NCBI GenBank assembly: GCA_965215595.1
Contig: CBDCDW010000003.1
Coordinates: forward strand, 401,680 to 465,679
Source: an uncultured Candidatus Binatia bacterium
Lineage (GTDB): Bacteria > Desulfobacterota > Binatia > UBA9968 > CAXXLF01
Direction of reading: 5' to 3'
DNA length: 64,000 bases
The translations under genes and the position numbers were made by a program. How positions within the stretch are numbered: the first letter of the stretch is position 1; every line of letters starts with the position of its first letter. Positions 19,972-30,013 of the stretch are shown in pieces. A model generated the notes under the pieces. It was not told the origin of the DNA and did no database searches. It worked only from the letters and a program-made list of their open reading frames with translations.

Positions 19972-21108
19972 ATGGGTGACTTCGATAGATTAATGGTCTC
20001 AATGCAGAAGACAGCTTATTTCAAGTGGGCGAAAGCTGAGGGAATTCCAATGGTGGAAGGCTACGCCTTGTCAGATGTCCGAGACTTAAAACTCGAACCT
20101 TGGAAGCGTACCGGGGGAAAAGGGAGCTTTATCCACCTCTATGGTCAGGAAGGTATTACAGGCATGTATGTGGCCGAGATCCCTCCGGGAGGCGCCCTGG
20201 AGCCAGAAAAGCATATGTATGAAGAGGTTATTTGTATATTGGACGGAAATGGTGCCACGGAGGTGTGGCAGGAAGGATCAGACGGGAAAAAGCACCTGTT
20301 TGAATGGGGCCCCTTGAGTGTCTTTGCCAATCCGTTGAACACCTGGCACCGATTGGTAAACGGGGGACGTGAGCCGGTGAAGTTTCTGGCTGTAACGAAC
20401 GCTCCGCTAGTCATAGATCTCTATCGTACATCGGAATTCGTTTTTAACTGTCCCATAGTATTTTCGGATCGATATGCGGGTGAAGACGGCTATTTTAACG
20501 TCACGAATAAGATTTTTGAAACCGGCATGACTCATGTATGGGAGACCAACTTCATCCCCGATGTGGGCTCCGCAAAGCTAGAGTCAGAAGAGGCGAAGGG
20601 GTCGGACGTGAGGATTACTCAGTTCCAGATTGGGGGGAACTCACTGATCGGACATATCTCCCATTGGCCCATGGGTCGATACCACAAGGCCCACTATCAT
20701 GGGTCAGGAGCTATTCTGCTCGGTTTACAGTCCGAGGGGTATGTTCTTCTCTGGCCCAAGGAATTTGGGCCCCAACCCTATTCGAGCGGCCACGGGGATA
20801 AAGTGCATGAGATCCAATGGAAGGCCGGAAGCGTTTACTGTCCGCCGGCAAACTGGTTCCATCAGCACTTGAACACAGGTGCGGGACCCGCACGGCATTT
20901 GGCGGTCCGCTACGGTGGCCGAGTATATCCTATGGGATTCGCCCTGGCCGGCAAGCGCTTCGATGACGGGACCCTGACCTCCATCAAGAAAGGTGGGACC
21001 TTGCTGGAGTACGAGGATGAAGATCCGGAAGTACGGCGCCGCTTTGAGGCAGTACTGGCCAAGAAAGGCATCAAACCGGATATGCCCGAGTTTAAAAAAT
21101 CGGCCTAG
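19972..21108 (+). CDS. Bicupin protein, type A copy 2
   Basis: Highly similar along its whole length to 18563-19699. Confidence 0.85.
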   Translation: MGDFDRLMVSMQKTAYFKWAKAEGIPMVEGYALSDVRDLKLEPWKRTGGKGSFIHLYGQEGITGMYVAEIPPGGALEPEKHMYEEVICILDGNGATEVWQEGSDGKKHLFEWGPLSVFANPLNTWHRLVNGGREPVKFLAVTNAPLVIDLYRTSEFVFNCPIVFSDRYAGEDGYFNVTNKIFETGMTHVWETNFIPDVGSAKLESEEAKGSDVRITQFQIGGNSLIGHISHWPMGRYHKAHYHGSGAILLGLQSEGYVLLWPKEFGPQPYSSGHGDKVHEIQWKAGSVYCPPANWFHQHLNTGAGPARHLAVRYGGRVYPMGFALAGKRFDDGTLTSIKKGGTLLEYEDEDPEVRRRFEAVLAKKGIKPDMPEFKKSA

Positions 21109-21186
21109 GTCCAAACGGTAGGAAAATTGCCTTGTGGGAACCCCCAGGTGTTGCAAGCACGGGAATTAGTATAGGGAGATACTTGA

Positions 21187-22269
21187 ATGGCTGAAATGAA
21201 GTGGAACTGCCTGTTTTATGACGAATGGGTGAAAGGTGAAGGCCTGGATCTCATCCGCGGCCACAAGGTTGACGATGTGTTTACGCAACCCCTGAAGCAC
21301 TGGGCGCGCACCGGGGGTAACGCGGTCCAGATCCAACTCCAGGGAACAGGGGAGTTAAACGCGGCCTATATTTGCGAGATTGCTCCCAAGAAGCAGTTGT
21401 CACCTCAGAAGCACATGTACGAGGAGATGGTTTTCATACTGAGCGGGCGGGGTAGCACCTCCGTTTGGTACGATGAGCGGCACAAAAACAGTTTCGAATG
21501 GCAGGCCGGCAGTCTCTTTGCCATTCCGCTGAATGCCCGCTATCAACATTTCAATGGTTCCGGTTCCGAGCCAGCGCGCTATCTTGCCGTGACTACGGCA
21601 CCTATCATGATGAATCTCATGCGCAACGAGAATTTTATCTTTGACAATGATGCCGTCTTTCCCGAGCGTTACCAGGGTGAGGATAATTATTTTTCCGGCA
21701 AGATAAAGACAGAGCTCTTTACCTTGTGGGACATGCCCCTCAACGTTAATTTCAGCAACTTCTATGCAGACGTTTACAATGTGAAGTTGCAAGAGTGGAA
21801 TCGCGGCGTAGATACCCGGGGTTACAATTTTGAGCTGGCGAACGGAGTCCTAGGGTGCCACCTCCTGGAAATTCCCGGCGGCACCTTTAGCAAGGTACAC
21901 CGTCACGGACCAGGGGCTCATGTCATATGGTTGATGGGAGAAGGCTACACGATCATGTGGCCCGACGGTGGGGAGAAGATCAGGGAAAACTGGAAGCGGG
22001 GTATGATGGTGGTTCCACCCGACTTTTGGTGGCATCAACACTGTATTGTGAGCAAAGAGCCTGCCCAACATCTAGCGCTGAAGCTCAGTAGCAAGACAAA
22101 TAAAATTAACCGAAATAGCATGAATACCCTGAAGAGCACAAAGACGGGTGGAAATCAGATGAACTATGAAGATACTCCCCCCGAGTTAATGGCGGAGCTC
22201 AAGGAGCTCTTTGCTCAAGAATGTGAAAAACGAGGCACCCCCATCAATGACGCAGTGGTGGACATGTGA
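21187..22269 (+). CDS. Bicupin protein, type B copy 1
   Basis: KHMYEE and HRHGPGAH...WWHQHC motifs. Confidence 0.85.
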   Translation: MAEMKWNCLFYDEWVKGEGLDLIRGHKVDDVFTQPLKHWARTGGNAVQIQLQGTGELNAAYICEIAPKKQLSPQKHMYEEMVFILSGRGSTSVWYDERHKNSFEWQAGSLFAIPLNARYQHFNGSGSEPARYLAVTTAPIMMNLMRNENFIFDNDAVFPERYQGEDNYFSGKIKTELFTLWDMPLNVNFSNFYADVYNVKLQEWNRGVDTRGYNFELANGVLGCHLLEIPGGTFSKVHRHGPGAHVIWLMGEGYTIMWPDGGEKIRENWKRGMMVVPPDFWWHQHCIVSKEPAQHLALKLSSKTNKINRNSMNTLKSTKTGGNQMNYEDTPPELMAELKELFAQECEKRGTPINDAVVDM

Positions 22270-22341
22270 ACAGGCCTTGCTTTGAATCTTTAACGAAAAA
22301 ATACCTTGGATTAAGTGAGATTTGGTTTAGGAGGAGTTAAA

Positions 22342-23433
22342 ATGGCAGAGATGAAATGGAACTGTTTGTACTATGACGAGTGGGTGAAAAATGAAGGCCT
22401 GGACCTGGTCCGAGGTGCCAAGGTCGACAATGTTTATACCGAACCCCTAAAAGACTGGGACCGCACCGGCGGTAAAGCGGTGCAAATTCAACTGGACGGC
22501 ACCGGCGAGATGAACAGCGCCTACATCTGCGAGATCCCGGTGGGGGGTGAATTGAAGCCGCAGCGCCATGTATACGAAGAGATGCTATTTATTCTGAGCG
22601 GCCGCGGTAGCACCAGCGTGTGGCTGGATCCAAAGAATAAGAATTCTTTTGAATGGCAGGCAGGGAGCCTCTTTGCCGTTCCGCTCAATTGCCACTATCA
22701 GCACTTCAATGGATCGGGGACGGAACCGGCTCGTTATCTGGCGGTAACCACGGCGCCCATCATGATGAACCTGATGCGAAACGACGACTTCATCTTCAAC
22801 AACGATGCGGTCTTTCCCGAACGATTCAACAGTGAGGAAAACTATTTTTCCAGCAAGATCAGAAAAGAGAAGTTTGATCTTTGGGACATTCCCGTGGACA
22901 TTAGCTTTAGCAATTTTTTTGCCGACATCTACAATCTCGAATTGCAGGAATCCAATCGCGGTGTTGATTCGAGGGGATACTCCTTTGAAATGGCCAACGG
23001 CGTCCTCGGGGCGCATATCGTAGAGCTGCCTGGCGGCACCTTCAGCAAGCTCCATCGCCATGGACCCGGTGCCCATGTGATCTGGTTGAAAGGGGATGGC
23101 TATTCCTTGATGTGGCCGGACGGAGGAGAGAAGAAGAAGACCAAGGAGTATTGGGGACCAGGGACCATGATCGTACCTCCCAACTGGTGGTGGCACCAGC
23201 ACTGTGTCATCAGCAAGGGCCCGGCAGAGCATTTGGCCCTGAAGCTCAGTAGCCGGACTAATAAAGTGGACCGAAGTACTTTCTATACCATGAGAAGTAC
23301 AAAACGAGGCGGGAACCAGATGAACTACGAAGATATCCCGCCCGAAGTGATGGCTGAAGTGAAAGAGATCTTCCTCGCTGAGTGCGCGAAGCGGGGAACC
23401 CCCGTTAATATGGGGGCAGTCATCAACGTTTGA
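22342..23433 (+). CDS. Bicupin protein, type B copy 2
   Basis: Paralogue of 21187-22269; ATG at 22342 behind AGGAGG. Confidence 0.85.
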   Translation: MAEMKWNCLYYDEWVKNEGLDLVRGAKVDNVYTEPLKDWDRTGGKAVQIQLDGTGEMNSAYICEIPVGGELKPQRHVYEEMLFILSGRGSTSVWLDPKNKNSFEWQAGSLFAVPLNCHYQHFNGSGTEPARYLAVTTAPIMMNLMRNDDFIFNNDAVFPERFNSEENYFSSKIRKEKFDLWDIPVDISFSNFFADIYNLELQESNRGVDSRGYSFEMANGVLGAHIVELPGGTFSKLHRHGPGAHVIWLKGDGYSLMWPDGGEKKKTKEYWGPGTMIVPPNWWWHQHCVISKGPAEHLALKLSSRTNKVDRSTFYTMRSTKRGGNQMNYEDIPPEVMAEVKEIFLAECAKRGTPVNMGAVINV

Positions 23434-23466
23434 TGGTTCAGCCTGACAGATAGGTGAAGATTGGCT

Positions 23467-23507
23467 AACCACCGGTTGGTTGCCAGGTTGGGTATTCACC
23501 GGTGGTT
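23467..23507. terminator. Inverted repeat between convergent genes
   Basis: AACCACCGGT ... ACCGGTGGTT 10-bp IR. Confidence 0.4.
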
Positions 23508-23520
23508 TGCTTAAGCAGTC

Positions 23521-24432
23521 CTAAACCCGGCTCATTCCGGGCCCGGGCCTTTGCCCGGGTTGGGGAATGGGGGGTGCCCAGTGTCCTTCCTTTCGCTCGC
23601 CATACCCTTTGGTAAAAAACTTTGCCCGTCCCAACTTCTCCACCTCGATTTCCAGCACATCGCCGTCATTGATGGGACCTAGCCCTTCGTGAAAGGTGCC
23701 CGTGGTAATCACATCGCCGGGGTAGAGGGTGACAAAGCGGGTCACCCAGGCGATGAGTTGCGGAATTTTCTGAGCCATGTCCCGAGTGTTGTAGTCTTGA
23801 CGCGGTTTCCCGTTAACCCAGGATTTGACCTGAAGAGTGTGGGGGTCACCGACTTCGTCTGCGCTGGTTATCCACGGACCGCAAGGTCCCCATGTGTCCA
23901 GGCCTTTGCCAAGGAACTGAGTTCGACGAACCATGCCCCGGGACGAAACGTCCACAAACGGCATGTAGCCAAGTACGTAATCCAGGGCGGTGGACTCGGC
24001 CAAGTCTTTGCCCCCTTTTCCCATAACAAAACCAAGCTCCGCCTCCGGCTGGAACACAGTTGCCGGGGGAATGTCGGGGATGATGATGGTTCCTTCCGGT
24101 CCCAACAGCTCAGGGGACTTGTAAAAGAATTCGATGGGTACGTTCCCAGGCTCCGCGCCAGGTCGGTCCAGGTAGTTGACGAATGCGGCGAGCACCTTGC
24201 TGGGTCGCGGGATGGGTGCCAGTAGCTTCACGCTGCTCAACGGGAGCGTCTTTGCCCGCGCGGCGGCCTGCTCGATCTCGCTACGAGCGGAGCCGAGCCG
24301 CTCGATGAACTCTTCCATGGCACGGTTTGGGCCCTTTTCCGTCCTGTGGCTTATGACGTCACTGACGTCCGCTACCGAATTTCCGTCCTTTGAGATTCCG
24401 ATCCTGTCATCGTTAAAGCGTAAAATTTTCAT
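23521..24432 (-). CDS. Fumarylacetoacetate hydrolase family protein
   Basis: EAELG, DVSSR, GKGLDTWGPCGP and PGDVITTGT motifs; start at 24432 behind GGAGG. Confidence 0.92.
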   Translation of the reverse strand: MKILRFNDDRIGISKDGNSVADVSDVISHRTEKGPNRAMEEFIERLGSARSEIEQAAARAKTLPLSSVKLLAPIPRPSKVLAAFVNYLDRPGAEPGNVPIEFFYKSPELLGPEGTIIIPDIPPATVFQPEAELGFVMGKGGKDLAESTALDYVLGYMPFVDVSSRGMVRRTQFLGKGLDTWGPCGPWITSADEVGDPHTLQVKSWVNGKPRQDYNTRDMAQKIPQLIAWVTRFVTLYPGDVITTGTFHEGLGPINDGDVLEIEVEKLGRAKFFTKGYGERKEGHWAPPIPQPGQRPGPGMSRV

Positions 24433-24528
24433 TGGCTGCCTCCAATGCTCTTTTGTGACTGCCCCGCACGGGTTGCAATGGCGAACCATAGTCTTTTTCC
24501 AATTTTAGATCAAGGCTTGGAACGGGAT

Positions 24529-25923
24529 GGTGATGTATCAGTCTATGTGTAAATTTTGGTGGGGGGAAGGGAGTGGAGAGGAAAATGGCTTTCACATTTG
24601 TCGGAGAATCGAAGATCTCGAGGTGGTTAAGGGATAGGCCTAGGGTATTTTTTGATTGGGAAAAGACAGAAGGGGTGCTAACTCCAGAGTTGCACGACAA
24701 ATACAAACATGAGGAGGGCACCCCTATGCTGCTCGAGCAAGCAACACCAAGCAATGTATCGCGAGCGATTAAAGAGATCAATGCCTTTGAGTGGGAGGGC
24801 GACTTTAAACCGATGGCCCGCCAAGCTCTAAAACACCTGGTGGAGAAGCGGCTGGACGAAGAGATGGCCCAGTACATAGGACTATCACGCTACGAGCATG
24901 GGGCGGACCGAGTGGACTACCGCAATGGCCACTATACCAGGCATCTGTTGACCGAGATGGGAAACTTAGAGCTTTTAGTGCCAAGGAGCCGTAAGGGAGG
25001 GTTTCCCACCAAGCTCCTTGAGCGTTACGCCCGAAGGTGCCGTTCGGTGGATCGGGTGTTGTTAGCCTGCTTTTGTTTGGGACTATCCACCCGAAAGGCC
25101 GCTTCGGTGCTGGTTCCTATTGTAGGGGAGCGGGTCTCGGCCACAACGATTTCCAGGATTGCCCGGGATCTGGATAAAGAGGTTAAGTTTTACCATAGCC
25201 GTCCCCTTAGGGATCAGTACCGCTATCTGTTCTTTGATGGGGTGGTGTTAAAGAGCAAGGGGGCTGCCAAGGTACAGAAAAAGATATTACTTTGTGCCTT
25301 CGGGATCACGGTCGATGGGAGGCAGGAGATGATCGATTTCTATGCGGCCCCAACTGAATCTGAAGCCTGCTGGGAAGCGTTGTTAAGGGACCTGTATCAA
25401 AGGGGGCTAGAGGGGGGGTGTTGTGAGCTGATTGTGACCGATGGGGGAACGGGGCTGCATGGAGCCTTACAGATTGTCTATCCTAAGATCCTCGCCCAAC
25501 GCTGCTGGGCCCATAAGACAAGAAACGTGTTGGACAAGGTAAAAAGGGCCGATCAACCAGCGGTCAAAAAAGCTCTAAATCGTATCAGTCATGCCCCTAA
25601 TTATAGAAAAGCTACGGAAGCTTACTGGCGGTTTGGTTCACGCTGGAGGAAGGCTTATCCAAGGGCTGTGGCCTGTTTGGAAAAGGATCTCGATCAATTG
25701 CTTTACTTCTTTCAGATCAAGCGGCCTGAGCTTTGGAGCCGCTTGAGAACCACCAACCTCATAGAAAGATCGTTCCGGGAAGTCAGGCGCAGGACTCGCC
25801 CTATGGGGGTGATGGCAAATACCCAAAGCATACAAAGAATCGTTTTTTCTGTCTTTCATCACTTGAACCAAAATTGGAGTGAGAATGCCCCTAAGAAATT
25901 TACACACAAGTCTTGACGCTTCC
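24529..25923 (+). mobile_element. IS256-family element, copy 1 (1395 bp)
   Basis: Ends GGTGATGTATCAGTCTATGTGTAAATTT / AAATTTACACACAAGTCTTGACGCTTCC; 8-bp TSD AACGGGAT. Confidence 0.95.
24573..25916 (+). CDS. IS256 (Mutator-type) transposase; real start probably the ATG at 24726
   Basis: YRNGHY, GLSTRK, YLFFDG, VTDG, QRCWAH and RTTNLIER motifs. Confidence 0.95.
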   Translation: MERKMAFTFVGESKISRWLRDRPRVFFDWEKTEGVLTPELHDKYKHEEGTPMLLEQATPSNVSRAIKEINAFEWEGDFKPMARQALKHLVEKRLDEEMAQYIGLSRYEHGADRVDYRNGHYTRHLLTEMGNLELLVPRSRKGGFPTKLLERYARRCRSVDRVLLACFCLGLSTRKAASVLVPIVGERVSATTISRIARDLDKEVKFYHSRPLRDQYRYLFFDGVVLKSKGAAKVQKKILLCAFGITVDGRQEMIDFYAAPTESEACWEALLRDLYQRGLEGGCCELIVTDGGTGLHGALQIVYPKILAQRCWAHKTRNVLDKVKRADQPAVKKALNRISHAPNYRKATEAYWRFGSRWRKAYPRAVACLEKDLDQLLYFFQIKRPELWSRLRTTNLIERSFREVRRRTRPMGVMANTQSIQRIVFSVFHHLNQNWSENAPKKFTHKS

Positions 25924-26034
25924 AACGGGATCCTTTCGGTCTTTGATTGATATGGTGGGGGTGGTGTGTTAATAGGGAGCCATCTCACACGATTGTACCG
26001 CTGAAGTATAAGCAAAATAGCAGGGAGGAAGTGA

Positions 26035-27192
26035 ATGAGATCGAGCGTGATGGATAAAACCTGGGATGAACAACGTCTCAAGCGGGATCGCGTGCGCAAT
26101 CTCCAGGAGGTGATGCAGCGGGAAAATGTGGGAGGCATGTTTCTTACTGACAGGATCAACGTGAGGTACGTGCTAAATCTGCGCATCCCCGGGGGCACGG
26201 CGTTTGTACCGGCGCAGGGCGAACCCATTGCATTTGTGAGATCCATGGACGAAGGGTACGTAAAACTTTCCCATTCGGATGTCCGTCCCATTATCTATCG
26301 GGTAGACCCCTCGGATGCAGAGGCAGATCAAAAGGCCCTGAAGTGGGCCGATAAACTCAAGGACCTCATGAGAGAGTTTGACGCGGCCGGGAAAAAGCTT
26401 GGAATTGATACTTTGGATCCCATTGCGTTTATGGCCCTGAGCCATCACGAGATGCCGCTGGTAAGCGCAGAAAAGCTCATCTTGCCGTCAAAGACGGTAA
26501 AAACCAAAGACGAGATACTCATTTATAAAGAGGTGGCCAAGATTTACAGCAGTATCATGCGTAACTTCCGGGACCTGCTAAAACCGGGGGTCAGTGAAGA
26601 GGAGCTCATCAGCGTCATCTATTCCCGCGTTGTGGAAATGGGCGCCGAAAGTCTTTTACAAATCAACGTTTGCTCGGGTGAGAATATGAACCCGTGGCGG
26701 CGTTGGCCCACTGAACGGAAACTCAAAGACGGCGACCTGGCAGGCCTGGATCTTCACGTTTACGGTCCCTGCGGATATATCTTTGACTCGTCTCGCACTT
26801 ATCTCTGCGGTACCAAGGGAACCGAAAAGCAGCGCGATCGATACCGGCGAGCTCACGAGTACATCAACGGGGTTATGGGGTTGCTCAGGCCGGGACTTCC
26901 CATCGCAGAATTCAAGTCAAAGCTACCACCTGTACCCGAGAAATTTCACAAATTGCTTTACTCTTTTCACATCGCTCACTCTAATGGACTCACACCTGGC
27001 GAGTATCCCAGTATCATGAAAAATCAAAAGGACGTGGATGACACCATCAAAAAGGATCAGATCCTGTCGGTGGACTGTTTTATGGGAGAAGAGGGGGATG
27101 ATGTTGCCGTGAAGTTAGAGGAACAGGTGCTGATAACAGACAATGGCGCCGTCAAGATGGCGGATATGCCCTATGACGATCGGTTGTTGTAA
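26035..27192 (+). CDS. M24 (Xaa-Pro peptidase-like, pita-bread fold) protein
   Basis: VKTKDEI, GYIFDSSRT, AHSNG and KLEEQVLITD motifs. Confidence 0.85.
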   Translation: MRSSVMDKTWDEQRLKRDRVRNLQEVMQRENVGGMFLTDRINVRYVLNLRIPGGTAFVPAQGEPIAFVRSMDEGYVKLSHSDVRPIIYRVDPSDAEADQKALKWADKLKDLMREFDAAGKKLGIDTLDPIAFMALSHHEMPLVSAEKLILPSKTVKTKDEILIYKEVAKIYSSIMRNFRDLLKPGVSEEELISVIYSRVVEMGAESLLQINVCSGENMNPWRRWPTERKLKDGDLAGLDLHVYGPCGYIFDSSRTYLCGTKGTEKQRDRYRRAHEYINGVMGLLRPGLPIAEFKSKLPPVPEKFHKLLYSFHIAHSNGLTPGEYPSIMKNQKDVDDTIKKDQILSVDCFMGEEGDDVAVKLEEQVLITDNGAVKMADMPYDDRLL

Positions 27193-27206
27193 GAAAGAGC
27201 ACTTCT

Positions 27207-28220
27207 ATGGCTGTCCAAGCACACGAGTCGATTAAGGGGCCTTATCGAACCTGGCATTCGGTGGATGGTGAAAAGGGCTCCCGTCAAAGGCCCTTTCGCA
27301 TCTCTGCCGCCCATGATGAATGGAACCATCTGGCGATCCCGTTGGTGGCCATGGAGAGGGGTTTCTTTGTCCAGGAAGGACTCTCCCACGTGGAACTGGT
27401 GGCCACCGGAGAAGAAGAGGCACAGGTCACCGGGGTGGAAAATGGATGGATCGATCTCGCAGTGGATCCTTTGACCTCCATGATTTTGTCGGCCAATGAT
27501 CAGGGAAAACCGGTCTACATCGGCGGTTCGAGGCGTAAAGGGCATACCTTCCATCTTTACGGTGCCAAGGACATCCGGCAGATGGAGGACCTCATAGGTA
27601 AGCGTGTGATTATCGGTACGCCCAATGGGGCCACGGATATCCAGTTCCGTGAAATCTTGCGTCGATTCGAAATGGAACCGGACAAAGATGTTGAATTCGT
27701 TTACCATGGTACCATGCACGACATGCTTCAGACTTTGAAATTCCTCGAGGAGGGGAAGGGTGAGGCAATTATGGTCAGCGTCTCCTTCGCGCGTCACATG
27801 GACAAGGCGGGCTATCCCCAGCTGGTGGATGGCGGACAGTTCTTTGCACCGAGGCAAGATCGGGTTACCGCTGTTTCTGATCATGCGTTGCAGGAGCGAT
27901 TTGATGATGTGGTGTCGTGCTTTCGCGGAATGATGCGCGCTGCAAAGGTGGTTATCGATCATGGAGAACGTGAGGCTATCCGCCAACTCGTACAGGCCAG
28001 CGGATTTTCCACGGAAGGGCCCGAGGATCGGCACCGTTTTGACGAGTTAATGGATTCCCTCTACGGGCGCATCGATCCAACATTCACTTTGCCCATCGAG
28101 GGATTGACTGAGATAGTCAAGGAAAGCCAACGGGACGGACTGCTCTCTTCCAGTTTCGAGCTTAAAAGCGCTCTACGCCTCGATGCCCTGAAAGTGGCAC
28201 AGGCCTCATCCGGTGCCTAG
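27207..28220 (+). CDS. ABC substrate-binding protein, SsuA/NMT1-like; no obvious signal peptide
   Basis: VAMERGFFVQEGL and DLIGKRV motifs. Confidence 0.75.
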   Translation: MAVQAHESIKGPYRTWHSVDGEKGSRQRPFRISAAHDEWNHLAIPLVAMERGFFVQEGLSHVELVATGEEEAQVTGVENGWIDLAVDPLTSMILSANDQGKPVYIGGSRRKGHTFHLYGAKDIRQMEDLIGKRVIIGTPNGATDIQFREILRRFEMEPDKDVEFVYHGTMHDMLQTLKFLEEGKGEAIMVSVSFARHMDKAGYPQLVDGGQFFAPRQDRVTAVSDHALQERFDDVVSCFRGMMRAAKVVIDHGEREAIRQLVQASGFSTEGPEDRHRFDELMDSLYGRIDPTFTLPIEGLTEIVKESQRDGLLSSSFELKSALRLDALKVAQASSGA

Positions 28221-28238
28221 GCCAATGGCATTAGAATC

Positions 28239-29975
28239 CTAGTTGAGTTCCTGTCTGCCCCCGAGTAGCCGGGCTGCTATAGCTGCAACGATAACGATCA
28301 GAGTCGTTACCAGCCCAATGGCAAATGCGGATTCCATCCTACCAGAAGCCCAAAGCTCGTAATTTAAAACGGACAACACTTTGGATTTGGCCGAGTAGAG
28401 GAGAATCACTGTGCTTAAATCCCGTACCGCCGCCAGGAATATGATGATCCATGTGGCGATGAATGTCGGTGCAAGAAGCGGCGCCACAATGGATCGAAAG
28501 GTCCGGACAAAAGAAGCCCCGTGAACACGGGACGATTCTTCGAGTTCATTGCTCAATTGCAGTAAGCCGCCGCTCATGGCCCTTATGCCGATGGGCATTT
28601 CCTTGATGATCATGGCCATCACGAGAATCCAGAGGGTCCCGTACAGGGCGAAGGGAAGACGGATCCCTCCCACATAGGCCCAGAAAATTCCCAATCCCAA
28701 AACGATTCCGGGCACTGCCCAGGGGAGCCAACTCAAAAATTCTAGGGCCTTTCGACCGCGAAAGGAAGATTTAATGATCACGTAGCTGATCATGGAATGG
28801 AGGAGCAGGCCAATGGTTGCCGCTGCCACGCCCATGAGTAGAGTGTTTTTGAGACTGAACCAGAAGCTCGGGTCCTCCAGAAGATAAACCCAGTGATTGA
28901 TAGTAAAGGAGCCGGCGGGTAAAAAAACGCCGAATATTTTCATGAAAGAGCCGAACATCAGAGTGAGTACCGGGAGCAACGTTCCAACGGCCAGCCATAT
29001 CAGGCAAACTCCGAAGGTAACATATCTCCACCGGCCCAGTGAGATGGGTCTTACAGAAAAACCCCGGCCCCCAATAGTGGTATAAGATTTTCCCCTGATG
29101 AATCGATTCTGAAGATAAACCATTAAAAATAGGGAAAGCAAAAAGACGTTGGTCAGAGCCATTGCCGGAGGAAAGGCGGGGGGTTCCTCATGCAAGAGGT
29201 CGTACAATTTGGTTCCATAGACATGAATCCCCACCGGGAAGCCCAATATCAACGGGGTCTCAAAGGACTCGATGCCCCTGATAAAGGTCAGGAATAAAAC
29301 CCCAAGGATGGTGGGTGCCATCAAGGGGATCATGATCTGACGCACGGTGGTGAACATGGAGGCGCCGGCCAGGGTGGATGCTTCCTCCAGACTTGCCTCC
29401 ATCCTGCGAAAGGCGGGGGTTATAAGGAGCACCATGAATGAAGTGCTGGTCAAGGTGCTGGCCCAGATAATGCCTCCGTATGAGTGGACGTTAAAAACTG
29501 AGCCTTTGATGAATGGAAGCTTCTGCAACGCCTGGTTAATCAGTCCAAATTCCGGTGCCAACAAAAGCACCCATGTCATTGCCAGTGGCATAAATGGCAT
29601 GAAGAAGTACAGCCAAAAGCCCACTTCCAGCCAGTCCCGTCCAGGTGTGTCAGTTCGGGCGATGACCCAGGCAAAGAAAATGGCCAGGACAACAGAGATG
29701 AACTTGACCAGCAAGGTTAGCCAGTAGGTAGTCCACAGGGCCTTCAAAAGTCCCGGTTGAGTGAAGGCCTGAACATAACCATCGAAGGTCAAATGCCCTG
29801 GCTCTCCAGGCATGGAACTCCAGAAGGCACCGAAGACGATCATGGTCATGGGATAGATGACCAGGATACCTACGAGGGCAAGGAGTAACCACTGGGGAAG
29901 CGCAAGAAAGGTTTCCGACCAGAATATCCGGCCTTTCTCCTGTGTTGCGTCCCATGCGCGAGCGACAGACTCCAC
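28239..29975 (-). CDS. ABC transporter permease, fused FbpB type
   Basis: Two EAA loops (LEEASTLAGA, LEESSRVHGA) and multiple transmembrane segments. Confidence 0.92.
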   Translation of the reverse strand: MESVARAWDATQEKGRIFWSETFLALPQWLLLALVGILVIYPMTMIVFGAFWSSMPGEPGHLTFDGYVQAFTQPGLLKALWTTYWLTLLVKFISVVLAIFFAWVIARTDTPGRDWLEVGFWLYFFMPFMPLAMTWVLLLAPEFGLINQALQKLPFIKGSVFNVHSYGGIIWASTLTSTSFMVLLITPAFRRMEASLEEASTLAGASMFTTVRQIMIPLMAPTILGVLFLTFIRGIESFETPLILGFPVGIHVYGTKLYDLLHEEPPAFPPAMALTNVFLLSLFLMVYLQNRFIRGKSYTTIGGRGFSVRPISLGRWRYVTFGVCLIWLAVGTLLPVLTLMFGSFMKIFGVFLPAGSFTINHWVYLLEDPSFWFSLKNTLLMGVAAATIGLLLHSMISYVIIKSSFRGRKALEFLSWLPWAVPGIVLGLGIFWAYVGGIRLPFALYGTLWILVMAMIIKEMPIGIRAMSGGLLQLSNELEESSRVHGASFVRTFRSIVAPLLAPTFIATWIIIFLAAVRDLSTVILLYSAKSKVLSVLNYELWASGRMESAFAIGLVTTLIVIVAAIAARLLGGRQELN

Positions 29976-30013
29976 ACCCCTCCTTATAGTCTAAGGCTAG
30001 TGCTTTCGAGCTG

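Noticed and set aside
25913-25945. Hybrid promoters from the outward TTGACG in the IS256 right ends
   Set aside because: No -10 box at a suitable spacing at either insertion
22585-28034. Long antisense ORFs such as 22585-23499 and 27171-28034
   Set aside because: They shadow well-supported genes on the opposite strand and have no recognisable motifs
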